A stretch of DNA of 24,000 bases, from assembly GCF_002910905.1 (NCBI RefSeq), contig NZ_NEUE01000141.1, positions 18,883 to 42,882 on the forward strand, in the 5' to 3' direction. This stretch comes from Streptomyces sp. SM11 (lineage in GTDB: Bacteria > Actinomycetota > Actinomycetes > Streptomycetales > Streptomycetaceae). Below, piece after piece: positions 1-7,797 of the stretch. A model generated the notes under the pieces. That model was not told the DNA's origin. It saw nothing but the letters and a program-made list of their open reading frames with translations, and searched no databases. The translations under genes were made by a program, and so were the position numbers. The stretch's first letter is position 1, and every line of letters begins with the position of its first letter.

Positions 1-146
1 GCGCCGCCCCCGGACCGGGCCTCGTCCGGGGCCCCGGCGCCGAACCCGGTCCGAACCCTGTCGCCGTCCCCGACGTCCCCGGACCGGCCCACGGCACCGA
101 CGCCGGCTGGGGCCCCGACCCCGACGCCCGCTGGCTCGCGCTCCTC

Positions 147-1340
147 ATGCACGCCGCGTTCTTCCTGCTGCTCGGCGCCTCGCTGACCCGGTTCCTGATG
201 CGGCACCCAGGCGAGGCCCGCACCCCGTGGATCATCGCCCTGTCGATCACCCTGGCAGTGCTGTACCTCCTGGGGCCCGTCCTCGGCTCGCGCCCCACCC
301 CGCGCCGGCTCGCCTGGCTCGGGGCACTCGTCCTCGTCTGGATGGTGCTGGTCGTCCTCGCGCCGAGCTTCGCGTGGTGCGCGGTGCCGCTGTTCTACAC
401 CGGGCTGCGCATCCTGCCGCCGCGCGCGGCCCTCGCCCTGGTCGCCCTGCTCACCGCGTTCGTCGTGGCCGCCCAACTGCGCCTGGCCACCGAGTTCGAC
501 CCGAACCTGGTCCTCGCCCCGCCCGCCGTGGCGGCCGTGGCGACCGCCGTCTTCGTCCATATGCGACGCCAGGCGGTACGCCAACGGGAACTGGCCGGGC
601 GCCAGCGCGAGCTGATCGACGACCTGCTGCGGACCCGGCGCGAACTGGCCGCCACCGAGCGGCGCGAGGGGACCCTCGCCGAGCGCCAGCGGCTCTCCAT
701 GGAGATCCACGACAGCCTGGCGCAGGGCCTGTCCAGCCAGCAGATGCTGCTCCAGGCGGCCGACCGCACCTGGAGTACCGACCCGGACGCCGCCCGCCGC
801 CATGTCCGTACGGCCACGGGCATCGCGGAACGCAACCTCGCCGAGGCCCGCCGCTTCGTCCACGACCTGGCCCCGGCCGACCTGGCGGAGGGCGGCGGCC
901 TGGAGGCGGCCCTGCACGCACTGGCGGCCCGCGAGAGCGCCCAGGCGGAGGGCGCGCTCACCGTCCACTGCCATGTGGAGGGCACCCCGCACGCCCCGCT
1001 GCCGGACCTGGTGCAGTCCGCCCTGCTGCGCATCGCCCAGGGCGCCCTGGCCAATGTGCGGGAGCACGCCGGGGCCACCGCCGCCGGACTGACCCTGACC
1101 CACCTGGACGACCGGGTGGTCCTCGACATCGGCGACAACGGCCGCGGCTTCACGGTCGAGCCCGCAGGCGTACGCGGCCCCCACACCGTCCGCGGCCACG
1201 GGCTCCCCGCGATCCGGGCCCGCGTGCACCAGCTCGGCGGAACGCTCACGATCGAGTCGGCGCCGGGCGAGGGCACGGTGCTCTCGGCCGAGGTCCCCCT
1301 CGCACCCACCGCCTTCACCGCCCCGGAGGACACCGCATGA
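147..1340 (+). CDS. two-component sensor histidine kinase (HisKA_3 / NarL-partner type)
   Basis: 397-aa ORF with a hydrophobic multi-helix N-terminus. HisKA_3 H-box EIHDSLAQGLS; HATPase_c boxes NVREHA, DNGRGF, GHGLPAIRARV, GEGTVL. Stop overlaps the next start (ATGA at 1337-1340). The frame stays open with G/C-rich third positions back to nt 3, so the true start may be upstream of 147 or off-window. Confidence 0.85.
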   Translation: MHAAFFLLLGASLTRFLMRHPGEARTPWIIALSITLAVLYLLGPVLGSRPTPRRLAWLGALVLVWMVLVVLAPSFAWCAVPLFYTGLRILPPRAALALVALLTAFVVAAQLRLATEFDPNLVLAPPAVAAVATAVFVHMRRQAVRQRELAGRQRELIDDLLRTRRELAATERREGTLAERQRLSMEIHDSLAQGLSSQQMLLQAADRTWSTDPDAARRHVRTATGIAERNLAEARRFVHDLAPADLAEGGGLEAALHALAARESAQAEGALTVHCHVEGTPHAPLPDLVQSALLRIAQGALANVREHAGATAAGLTLTHLDDRVVLDIGDNGRGFTVEPAGVRGPHTVRGHGLPAIRARVHQLGGTLTIESAPGEGTVLSAEVPLAPTAFTAPEDTA

Positions 1341-1972
1341 CCGGCCAGGCAACCCCCGTACGGATCCTCCTCTGCGACGACCATGCGGTGGTCCGGGCCG
1401 GGCTGCTCGCCCTCATCGGCAGCGAACCGGACATCGAGGTCGTCGGCGAGGCCGGCAGCGGCGAGGAGGCGGTGGTGCTGGCCGCCCGCCTCGCCCCGGA
1501 CGTCGTCCTCATGGACCTCCAGCTCGGCGAGGGCATCGACGGCGTCGAGGCGACCTGCCGCATCGCGGCCGCCGGCACGGTCCACGTCCTGGTGCTGACC
1601 ACGTACGACACCGACGCCGACATCACCCGGGCCATCGAGGCGGGGGCCACCGGGTACCTGCTGAAGGCGGAGCGCCCCGAGGAACTCTTCGCCGCGATCC
1701 GGTCCGCCGCCCAGGGCCGCACCACGCTCTCGGCCCCCGTCGCCAGCAGGGTCATGGCTCGGATGCGCAGCCCCCGCCCCACCCTCACCGACCGCGAACG
1801 CGACATCCTGGCCCAGCTCTCCCAGGGCCTCGGCAACCGGGACATCGCCCGCGCCCTGTTCATCAGCGAGGCCACGGTCAAGACCCACCTCGGCCGGATC
1901 TACGACAAGCTCGGCGTCGACACCCGCTCGGGCGCGGTGTCGGTCGCGAAGGAACAGCGCCTGCTGCCGTAG
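1337..1972 (+). CDS. LuxR/NarL-family response regulator
   Basis: ATG at 1337 lies inside ORF-track entry 227-1972. Receiver domain (VRILLCDDHAVVRAGL, VVLMDLQL). C-terminal GerE/LuxR HTH (LTDRERDILAQLSQGLGNRDIARALFISEATVKTHLGRIYDKLGV). Translationally coupled to the kinase. Confidence 0.9.
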   Translation: MTGQATPVRILLCDDHAVVRAGLLALIGSEPDIEVVGEAGSGEEAVVLAARLAPDVVLMDLQLGEGIDGVEATCRIAAAGTVHVLVLTTYDTDADITRAIEAGATGYLLKAERPEELFAAIRSAAQGRTTLSAPVASRVMARMRSPRPTLTDRERDILAQLSQGLGNRDIARALFISEATVKTHLGRIYDKLGVDTRSGAVSVAKEQRLLP

Positions 1973-2036
1973 GGCACGGGCACGTCGCGGAACTTTCGTC
2001 CAAGACAGGCGCGCCGAAGTCGGCGACTGTAGAGGC

Positions 2037-2867
2037 ATGCGCAGACAGCGACGGGGCGCCGCCCCGCTGGACCGGGATGCCGAGAACGGCTGGGAGGTCG
2101 CCCAGCTCCTCGGCGGCCCGACGCTCGACGGTGTCCGGCTGGCCGGCTTCCGTGACCGCGCGGCCGTCGGGCTGGACATGCAGGTGCTCCCCCGGCCCGC
2201 CGTGGTCGTGGTGATCGGCCTCGGGGACGACCACCCCCTCACGGTGGAGAGCGCCGCTGGGCACCGGCCCATGAGGAGCTTCGTCGGCTCGTTGTCGCCC
2301 GGCCCGGCCCACATCCGGGGCGAGGGTGTCACGTGCGTCGAAGTGTGCTTGGCACCCCCGGCCGCTCATGCGCTGCTGGGCGTCTCCCCGCGGGAACTGG
2401 ACGGTTCCGTCACCGCGCTCGACGACCTGTGGGGGCGGCAGGCGCGGCTTCTCCACGAGCGGCTGACCGACGCCACGACGTGGCAGGAACGCCTCGCACT
2501 GACGGACGCGTTCCTCACGAGGCGGGCCGCGGGAGCACCGTCGGTGTCGCCCGAGGTCGCCGCCGCCTGGGACACCATCGTGGCCCGACGGGGCCGGATA
2601 CGGGTCGCCGACCTCGCCGCGTCCTTCGGCTGGAGCCGCAAGCGGCTGTGGTCCAGGTTCACCGACCAGATCGGCCTCACCCCCAAGCGTGCCGCCATGC
2701 TCGTCCGCTTCGATCACGCCGTCCGGGCGCTCCACGCGGGCGAGAGCGCTGGCGATGTCGCCCTGGCCTGTGGATACGCCGACCAGCCGCACCTCCATCG
2801 CGACGTGCTGGCGCTGGCCGGGTGCACACCGGGCGCCCTGGCCGGCCGGGCGACGTCCGCCACCTGA
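2037..2867 (+). CDS. AraC-family transcriptional regulator
   Basis: 276-aa ORF with high GC3. C-terminal AraC-type double HTH (VADLAASFGWSRKRLWSRFTDQIGLTPKRAAMLVRFDHAVRAL ... ACGYADQPHLHRD). Confidence 0.8.
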   Translation: MRRQRRGAAPLDRDAENGWEVAQLLGGPTLDGVRLAGFRDRAAVGLDMQVLPRPAVVVVIGLGDDHPLTVESAAGHRPMRSFVGSLSPGPAHIRGEGVTCVEVCLAPPAAHALLGVSPRELDGSVTALDDLWGRQARLLHERLTDATTWQERLALTDAFLTRRAAGAPSVSPEVAAAWDTIVARRGRIRVADLAASFGWSRKRLWSRFTDQIGLTPKRAAMLVRFDHAVRALHAGESAGDVALACGYADQPHLHRDVLALAGCTPGALAGRATSAT

Positions 2868-2953
2868 CCCGTACATCCATCGGAACGGCCGGCCCCGCGC
2901 GTAGCTGCCCGCAGGGGCTCACCCACCTGCCCGCACGAAGAAGGGAAGCATCC

Positions 2954-4012
2954 GTGACGAACACCGAGGTTGCGACGACGGACACGGCCGACCGCGACCT
3001 GATCGGCCGGCTCGCGTTCGGGAGCATGGCCGCACAGACCCTGCGCGCGGCGGTCCGGCTGGGGGTGATGGAGTTGGTGGGCGACACACCGCGCCGGGCA
3101 GCCGATGTGGCCGCCGACGCCGGAGCCGAACCTCAGCCCATGATGCGCCTGCTGCGTGCCCTGACCGGGCTCGGCCTGCTGCGGGAGCACACCCCCGGCT
3201 CCTTCTCGGTGACCCCCGAGGGCGCACTTCTCCACCCCGGCCGCCCCGACTCGCTCGCCTCCTTCGTCAGGATGTTCACCGAGCCCGCGATCGTGCGCGC
3301 CTGGGAGCACCTGGACGACAGCGTCCGCACCGGTGAGATCGCCTTCGACACCGTCTTCGGCACCGACTTCTTCAGCCACCTCGCGCAGCACCCCGAGTTG
3401 TCCGCGGAGTTCAACGGGGCGATGAGCCAGGCCACCGCGGAGACCGCCGCCGCACTGCCGTACGCCTTCGACTTCCGCCGGTACACGAAGGTCACGGACG
3501 TGGGCGGCGGCGACGGGACCCTCCTCGCCGGTGTGCTCGCCGCGCATCCGGGCCTCACCGGTGTGGTTCTCGATACGGCGGAGGGGCTGGCCGACACGCC
3601 GGACACGATGGCGCGCCGGGGGCTGGCGGGGCGGTGCTCCCTGATCGCCGGCGACTTCTTCCGTTCGGTCCCCGCGGGTTCGGATCTCTATCTGCTGAAG
3701 AGCGTCCTGCACGACTGGACGGACGACCAGGCGGTCACGATCCTGCGCCACTGCCGCGAGGTGCTGCCGCCCGGCGGCCTCGTGCTGATCGTGGAGCCGG
3801 TGCTTCCCGAGGTCGTCGACACCACGGCGGACGTCACCGACGGCGGAGTCACCTACCTGAGCGACCTCAACATGCTGGTGAACGTGGGCGGCAGAGAGCG
3901 CACCCGGGAGGAATTCGCGCAGGTGTGCCGCCGCGCGGGACTGACCCTCACCTCGGTCACCCCGCTCACCGAGGCCGCGCCGTTCGCCCTCATCGAGGCC
4001 GTGGCCGGCTGA
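2954..4012 (+). CDS. SAM-dependent O-methyltransferase (Methyltransf_2 type with N-terminal dimerisation domain)
   Basis: GTG at 2954 is preceded by GAAGGGAAG (2938-2946) and is in frame with ORF-track 2333-4012. SAM-binding VTDVGGGDGTLL, plus IAGDFF and YLLKSVLHDW, are typical of small-molecule O-methyltransferases. Confidence 0.85.
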   Translation: MTNTEVATTDTADRDLIGRLAFGSMAAQTLRAAVRLGVMELVGDTPRRAADVAADAGAEPQPMMRLLRALTGLGLLREHTPGSFSVTPEGALLHPGRPDSLASFVRMFTEPAIVRAWEHLDDSVRTGEIAFDTVFGTDFFSHLAQHPELSAEFNGAMSQATAETAAALPYAFDFRRYTKVTDVGGGDGTLLAGVLAAHPGLTGVVLDTAEGLADTPDTMARRGLAGRCSLIAGDFFRSVPAGSDLYLLKSVLHDWTDDQAVTILRHCREVLPPGGLVLIVEPVLPEVVDTTADVTDGGVTYLSDLNMLVNVGGRERTREEFAQVCRRAGLTLTSVTPLTEAAPFALIEAVAG

Positions 4013-4044
4013 CCGCGGACAAGGACTCCGGGGCGGAACCGTAG

Positions 4045-4103
4045 GCCGGCTGTCGTCGAACACCGCGCCGGCGCGGCCGGTGCGGTGCTCGACGACAGCC
4101 GGC
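4045..4103 (+). terminator. long GC-rich hairpin downstream of the O-methyltransferase (22-bp stem, 1 mismatch)
   Basis: Arm 4045-4066 (gccggctgtcgtcgaacaccgc) is the reverse complement of arm 4082-4103 (gcggtgctcgacgacagccggc) in 21/22 positions. There is no clear U-tract, so terminator function is inferred. Confidence 0.45.
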
Positions 4104-4150
4104 TCACCCGATCGTGTCAGCCCCGCCCCCGGGCATGACACCATCGATCC

Positions 4151-4648
4151 GTGCTCGACATCGGCTACTCCCTTTCCCGCCGCTTCCCCGATCCCCCGCA
4201 GACCGACTACCGCCGCGCGGACGTCCGCGCGCTGCGGCACGATCTGTTCTCCGGCGACGTCTACCTCGCGGACACCAAGGCGGACCGCGAGGTGTCCACA
4301 GCCTGGGGATGGGTGCCGGTGCTCGACTTCGCGTGGGCGCTGTGCGACATCGTCGAGCAGATCGACCAGGACCCGCGCGGCAACCGCTCGCACCGGCAGC
4401 AGTACGCGGAGCTGGACTTCACCGAGTCCTCGGACCGGATGATGTTCGAGCGGCGCTTCGGCTGGGTCGACGTCGAGGCGGACTGGATGCCCGGCGACGA
4501 GCCCCCGCTCACCTTCAGCCACTCCCTCCTGCGCCGCGAGGCCCGCGACTTCCTGCACGACCTGATCGCCGACCTGGCCGACCTGCACGAGGGCCTCGCC
4601 GACAACCCCGTGATCTGGGACCTCCAGGCCCGCTTCCCCCGTATGTGA
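4151..4648 (+). CDS. hypothetical acidic protein (no family recognised)
   Basis: 165-aa ORF starting at GTG, with very high GC3 throughout. No motif recognised. No convincing RBS, so the start is uncertain. Confidence 0.7.
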   Translation: MLDIGYSLSRRFPDPPQTDYRRADVRALRHDLFSGDVYLADTKADREVSTAWGWVPVLDFAWALCDIVEQIDQDPRGNRSHRQQYAELDFTESSDRMMFERRFGWVDVEADWMPGDEPPLTFSHSLLRREARDFLHDLIADLADLHEGLADNPVIWDLQARFPRM

Positions 4649-4691
4649 AGCCCACGCGTATGTGAAGCCCACGCGTACGTGAAGCCCTCAG
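4641..4691. repeat. 17-nt tandem repeat x3 (gtatgtgaagcccacgc), each unit containing TGA
   Basis: Units 4641-4657 and 4658-4674 are identical; 4675-4691 matches 13/17. TGA at 4646, 4663 and 4680 falls in three different frames. The first is the stop of CDS 4151-4648. Confidence 0.9.
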
Positions 4692-4697
4692 GGCCGC

Positions 4698-5408
4698 TCA
4701 CCCCTCCACCCGCACCCCGATCTGCGCCGCGAACGCCGGGGCCAGCTCCATCAGCTGCGACGGGCTGATCACCGCGCCCGCCAGCCGGTCCACACCCCGG
4801 GCGATGTCCAGCTCGGCCACCGCGCGCAGGTCCACCGACTCCATCCGGACCCCGCTGAAGTCCGCCCGCTTCAGCACGCAGTCCCGAAACTCGACCCGGA
4901 CCAGACGCGCGTCCCCGAAGTCCGGCTCGGACAGCACGCAGCCCTCGAAGACGACGTCCTTCAGCCGAGCCCTGCGCAGATTCAGGTAGTCGATCTTGCC
5001 GCCCCGCACCACCACCCGCTCCAGCACCGCCCCGTGCAGCTGCACCCCGCCCAGCCGCGCGTCCACCACCTCCACGTCCCGCAGCGACGCCTCCGCGAGG
5101 TCCGTGCCCACGCCCCGTACGCCCGTCAGCACCGCGTCGATGAAGCGGGCCCGCGCCAGCTCCGTACGGTCGAGGCCGCAGTTGTCCAGGGCACAGTCCA
5201 TGAACCGGGCGCCCCGGCCCGACGCGTCCGCCAGGTCCACCCCGTCGAACCACACCCCGTCGTAGTCCCCGTCCGGCTCCAGGCCCTCGCCGTCGTACGG
5301 AACGAGCGGCGGCAGCCGCACCTCCGGACGCCGCGCGGCCGCGACGGTGTCCTTCCTGCCCCTGGCCGTCCCCGTCGTCCTGGTCGTCCTGCCCGCGCTC
5401 GCTGCCAT
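4698..5408 (-). CDS. pentapeptide-repeat protein (MfpA/Qnr-like fold)
   Basis: ORF-track 4698-5429. Long runs of A(D/N)LxX-type pentapeptides (ADLAEASLRDVEVVDARLGGVQLHGAVLERV..., ARLKDVVFEGCVLSEPDFGDARLVRVEFRDCVLKRADFSGVRM). Basic, disordered N-terminus. Start is either ATG 5408 or GTG 5429. Confidence 0.8.
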   Translation of the reverse strand: MAASAGRTTRTTGTARGRKDTVAAARRPEVRLPPLVPYDGEGLEPDGDYDGVWFDGVDLADASGRGARFMDCALDNCGLDRTELARARFIDAVLTGVRGVGTDLAEASLRDVEVVDARLGGVQLHGAVLERVVVRGGKIDYLNLRRARLKDVVFEGCVLSEPDFGDARLVRVEFRDCVLKRADFSGVRMESVDLRAVAELDIARGVDRLAGAVISPSQLMELAPAFAAQIGVRVEG

Positions 5409-5510
5409 GCCCCCATCGTGACGCACCACGCTGACAACGCCCCGGCGACCGTGTCACGAGCGGCCGCCCACGATCCGTCGCATCATCGAAGACGCGAAGG
5501 AGATCCAGCC

Positions 5511-5836
5511 ATGGAGCAGATCCATGTCATCAGCGGCGGCCTCGGCAGGCGCGTCGTCGCCCACATCGGCACGGCTCCGGGCGGTCCCGCGGGAGTCACC
5601 GGCACCGAGGCCGACCGCTCCACGAGACCCCCGAGGCGCTCGACGCCGCCGGGGCCGTCGCCATGACCGGCGCCGGCCGCACCGCCCTCGGCGTCCTCGG
5701 GTTCACCCCGCTCGGCCCGGGCTCCGCCGTGGTCACCGCGTCGGCGGGCGGGAGCGGCACGCTCGTCGTCCAGCACGCGAAGAACGCGCACATCGCCGTC
5801 CGGCACACCCGTCCCGGCCGGCGGGAGGCGGGGCCC
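5511..5836 (+). pseudogene. coding-like remnant without a clean ORF (apparent -1 frame break near 5616-5620)
   Basis: Starting from ATG 5511, third positions are strongly G/C (MEQIHVISGGLGRRVVAHIG...TEADR). The signal then continues in the neighbouring frame from about 5618 (LHETPEALDAAGAVAMTGAGRTALGVLGF...VVQHAKNAHIAVRH), with nearly 100% GC3 and first-position GC higher than second. No in-frame stop occurs before the sequence runs antisense into the APH gene. No family recognised. Confidence 0.3.
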
Positions 5837-6751
5837 TCACCGCCCCAGCAACCGCCGCGCGATCTCCGCATGATCCGGGGAGACCCGCCGCTCCCCGCCG
5901 CCGGCCGCCCACAGCCCGTTCTGGAGCACCCGCCCCAGCGTCCAGGCCCGCGCCCGCTCCCGGTCGCGCTCCAGGCCCAGTGCCTCCGTCAACGCGTCGA
6001 ACCGCCACCGCACCTCATCCGCGTCGAAGAGGTTGTCCAGCGCCGGGAACAGCTCGAAGCCCGGGTCCCCCGCGAGCGGCTTCGGGTCGAGCGCCACCCA
6101 CTCCCCCGCCCGCCCCGCGTCCGCACGCCCCGCCAGGACGTTGTCGTAGTGCAGGTCCCAGTGCAGCAGCCGGTCCCCCGGCTCCCCCGCGACCTCCCGC
6201 ACCGCCGCCGCGCAGTCCGCGAGCAGCCGCCGGTCCGCGTCATCGGCCAGCAGGCCCACCCGCTCCGGCAGCGCTGCGAGCATCCGCTCCACCACCCCGC
6301 CCAGCGTGCGCAGCCCCTCCGGAGCGGGCACCGCCACCAGCCGGGCCAGCACCGCGCCGAGCACCGTCACCGCGCCCCGCACATCGGCCTCGCCCGACAA
6401 CGGCCGCCGCTCGTCCAGCCGTTCCAGCAGCAGCGCGCCGGTCTCCGGGTCGTGGTCGAGCAGCTCCACCGCCCCGGCTCCCGCGACGCTCCACGCCCGC
6501 AGCGCGACCGGCTCGTCCACCGTCTCCTCGTCCACCGCCTGGAGCTTCAGCGCGGCGGGCCGCCCGTCCGCCTCCCGCACCACCGGCAGGACCAGCGCGC
6601 ACATCCCGTACATGGACGGGCCGTCCGGCCGCAGCCCCCACCGCGCCAGGCACCGCTCGGCGAGGTCAGGCAGGGCGGCGACGAAGGCCCGCCCCGCGTC
6701 TCCGTTGAAGGCGGACTGCGTAGCGATCAGTTCGTCCGGGATGTCGATCAC
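5837..6751 (-). CDS. aminoglycoside phosphotransferase family protein, APH(6)/streptomycin-kinase-like
   Basis: ORF-track 5837-6856. Likely GTG start at 6751 (VIDIPDELI...). Catalytic-loop motif LLHWDLHYDNVL resembles the HGDLHxxNVL motif of the APH(6) family. Followed by ALDPKPLAGDPGFEL. Confidence 0.8.
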   Translation of the reverse strand: MIDIPDELIATQSAFNGDAGRAFVAALPDLAERCLARWGLRPDGPSMYGMCALVLPVVREADGRPAALKLQAVDEETVDEPVALRAWSVAGAGAVELLDHDPETGALLLERLDERRPLSGEADVRGAVTVLGAVLARLVAVPAPEGLRTLGGVVERMLAALPERVGLLADDADRRLLADCAAAVREVAGEPGDRLLHWDLHYDNVLAGRADAGRAGEWVALDPKPLAGDPGFELFPALDNLFDADEVRWRFDALTEALGLERDRERARAWTLGRVLQNGLWAAGGGERRVSPDHAEIARRLLGR

Positions 6752-6888
6752 GCCACCGATCCTAGGGACAGGGACGGGAGGGACGGGCCGGGCGGCAGGA
6801 GACGGAACAGCCCCGCGCGCAGTAACGTCCCGCCGCACGTACGCCCGGCATCCCACCGGGCAGGGACACCAGGGACACCAGGGGCATC

Positions 6889-7240
6889 ATGAGCACCGTC
6901 AGTACCGTCGTCGGCGGCATAGCGTTCTGGTACGCGCAGGAGGGCACCCCCGCCCCGCGCGAATCCCTCCCCGGCGACACGAGCGTCGACGTCTGCGTCG
7001 TCGGCGGCGGCCACACCGGCTCTGGTCGGCGTACTACCTGAAGAAGGCCGTTCCCTTTCTCAACATCACCGTCCTCGAAGCCAAGTTCTGCGGCTACGGG
7101 GCCTCCGGCCGTAACGGCGGCTGGTTGCACAACGGCATCGCGGGCCGCGACCGGCACGCCGAGCCGCACGGCCACGCCGCCGCCGAGGAGGAGATCGACG
7201 CCGACATCCACCAGGGCCGTGTCCTGGCCCCGGCCGCGCT
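6889..7240 (+). pseudogene. FAD-dependent oxidoreductase remnant (N-terminal fragment, frameshifted and truncated)
   Basis: ATG 6889 gives MSTVSTVVGG...DVCVVGGGHTG, a Rossmann GxGxxG dinucleotide-binding motif. The frame breaks at 7020/7021 (ggc|tc where ggc ctc is expected) and resumes as LWSAYYLKKAVPFLNITVLEAKFCGYGASGRNGGWL. Only about 115 aa are encoded, and the sequence runs straight into the MarR stop codon at 7241. Confidence 0.7.
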
Positions 7241-7687
7241 TCAGTCGCGGGGCCAGGGCCGCCCGTCGAGGCGTTCGATGGAGAGGTTCAGGCGGCTGAG
7301 GGAGGCTGCGAGCTGCTCGGCCTCCTCCGGCGTCCAGTCCGCGAGGACCTTCGCCAGGCCCGCCAGATTCCTGCCCCGGTCGTTGTCGAGGCGGCGTTCG
7401 CCCTCGTCCGTGATGGCGAACTTGCGGGCGATGCCGCCGTCGGGGTCCGGGATGCGCTCGACGACCCCGGCCCGCAGCATCGCGGCGGTCTGCCGGTTGA
7501 GCGTGGATGCGTCCAGACCGAAGGCGTCGCTGAGCTGGCTGATGGACATGGGGCCTTCCACCTGGATCCGGCTCAGCAGGATGTAGGCACTGCGGTCCAG
7601 CCGCCATTCCACGCGCGGGCTGAGCAGGTGCATGTACCGGCCGAGCAGCATCGTCTCGCGTTCGATCCGGTCGATGGGCTTGTCCAC
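7241..7687 (-). CDS. MarR-family transcriptional regulator
   Basis: ORF-track 7241-7738. Preferred GTG start at 7687, preceded by GAAGGAAGAG. Winged-HTH core ISQLSDAFGLDASTLNRQTAAMLRAGVVERIPDPDGGIARKFAITDEGERRL. Confidence 0.85.
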   Translation of the reverse strand: MDKPIDRIERETMLLGRYMHLLSPRVEWRLDRSAYILLSRIQVEGPMSISQLSDAFGLDASTLNRQTAAMLRAGVVERIPDPDGGIARKFAITDEGERRLDNDRGRNLAGLAKVLADWTPEEAEQLAASLSRLNLSIERLDGRPWPRD

Positions 7688-7724
7688 GCGCTCTTCCTTC
7701 GTTGACCAGGCCTCACACGATAGA

Positions 7725-7757
7725 TGTGCAGTATGCATGACTTATGCATGATGCACA
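7725..7757. promoter_or_regulatory. imperfect inverted repeat in the MarR/MFS divergent intergenic region (candidate MarR operator)
   Basis: tgtgcagtatgcat (7725-7738) matches the reverse complement of atgcatgatgcaca (7744-7757) in 12/14 positions, with a 5-nt spacer. It sits in a locally AT-rich patch with repeated ATGCAT. Confidence 0.45.
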
Positions 7758-7797
7758 TTCCATGTATCTTGCATAGTCGAGCACCGCGAACGCGTAC

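Noticed and set aside
5837-6751. APH(6)-like kinase considered as evidence of a streptomycin or aminoglycoside biosynthetic cluster.
   Set aside because: No str/sts-type biosynthetic genes or other sugar-aminocyclitol enzymes are nearby. The neighbours are unrelated or decayed genes.
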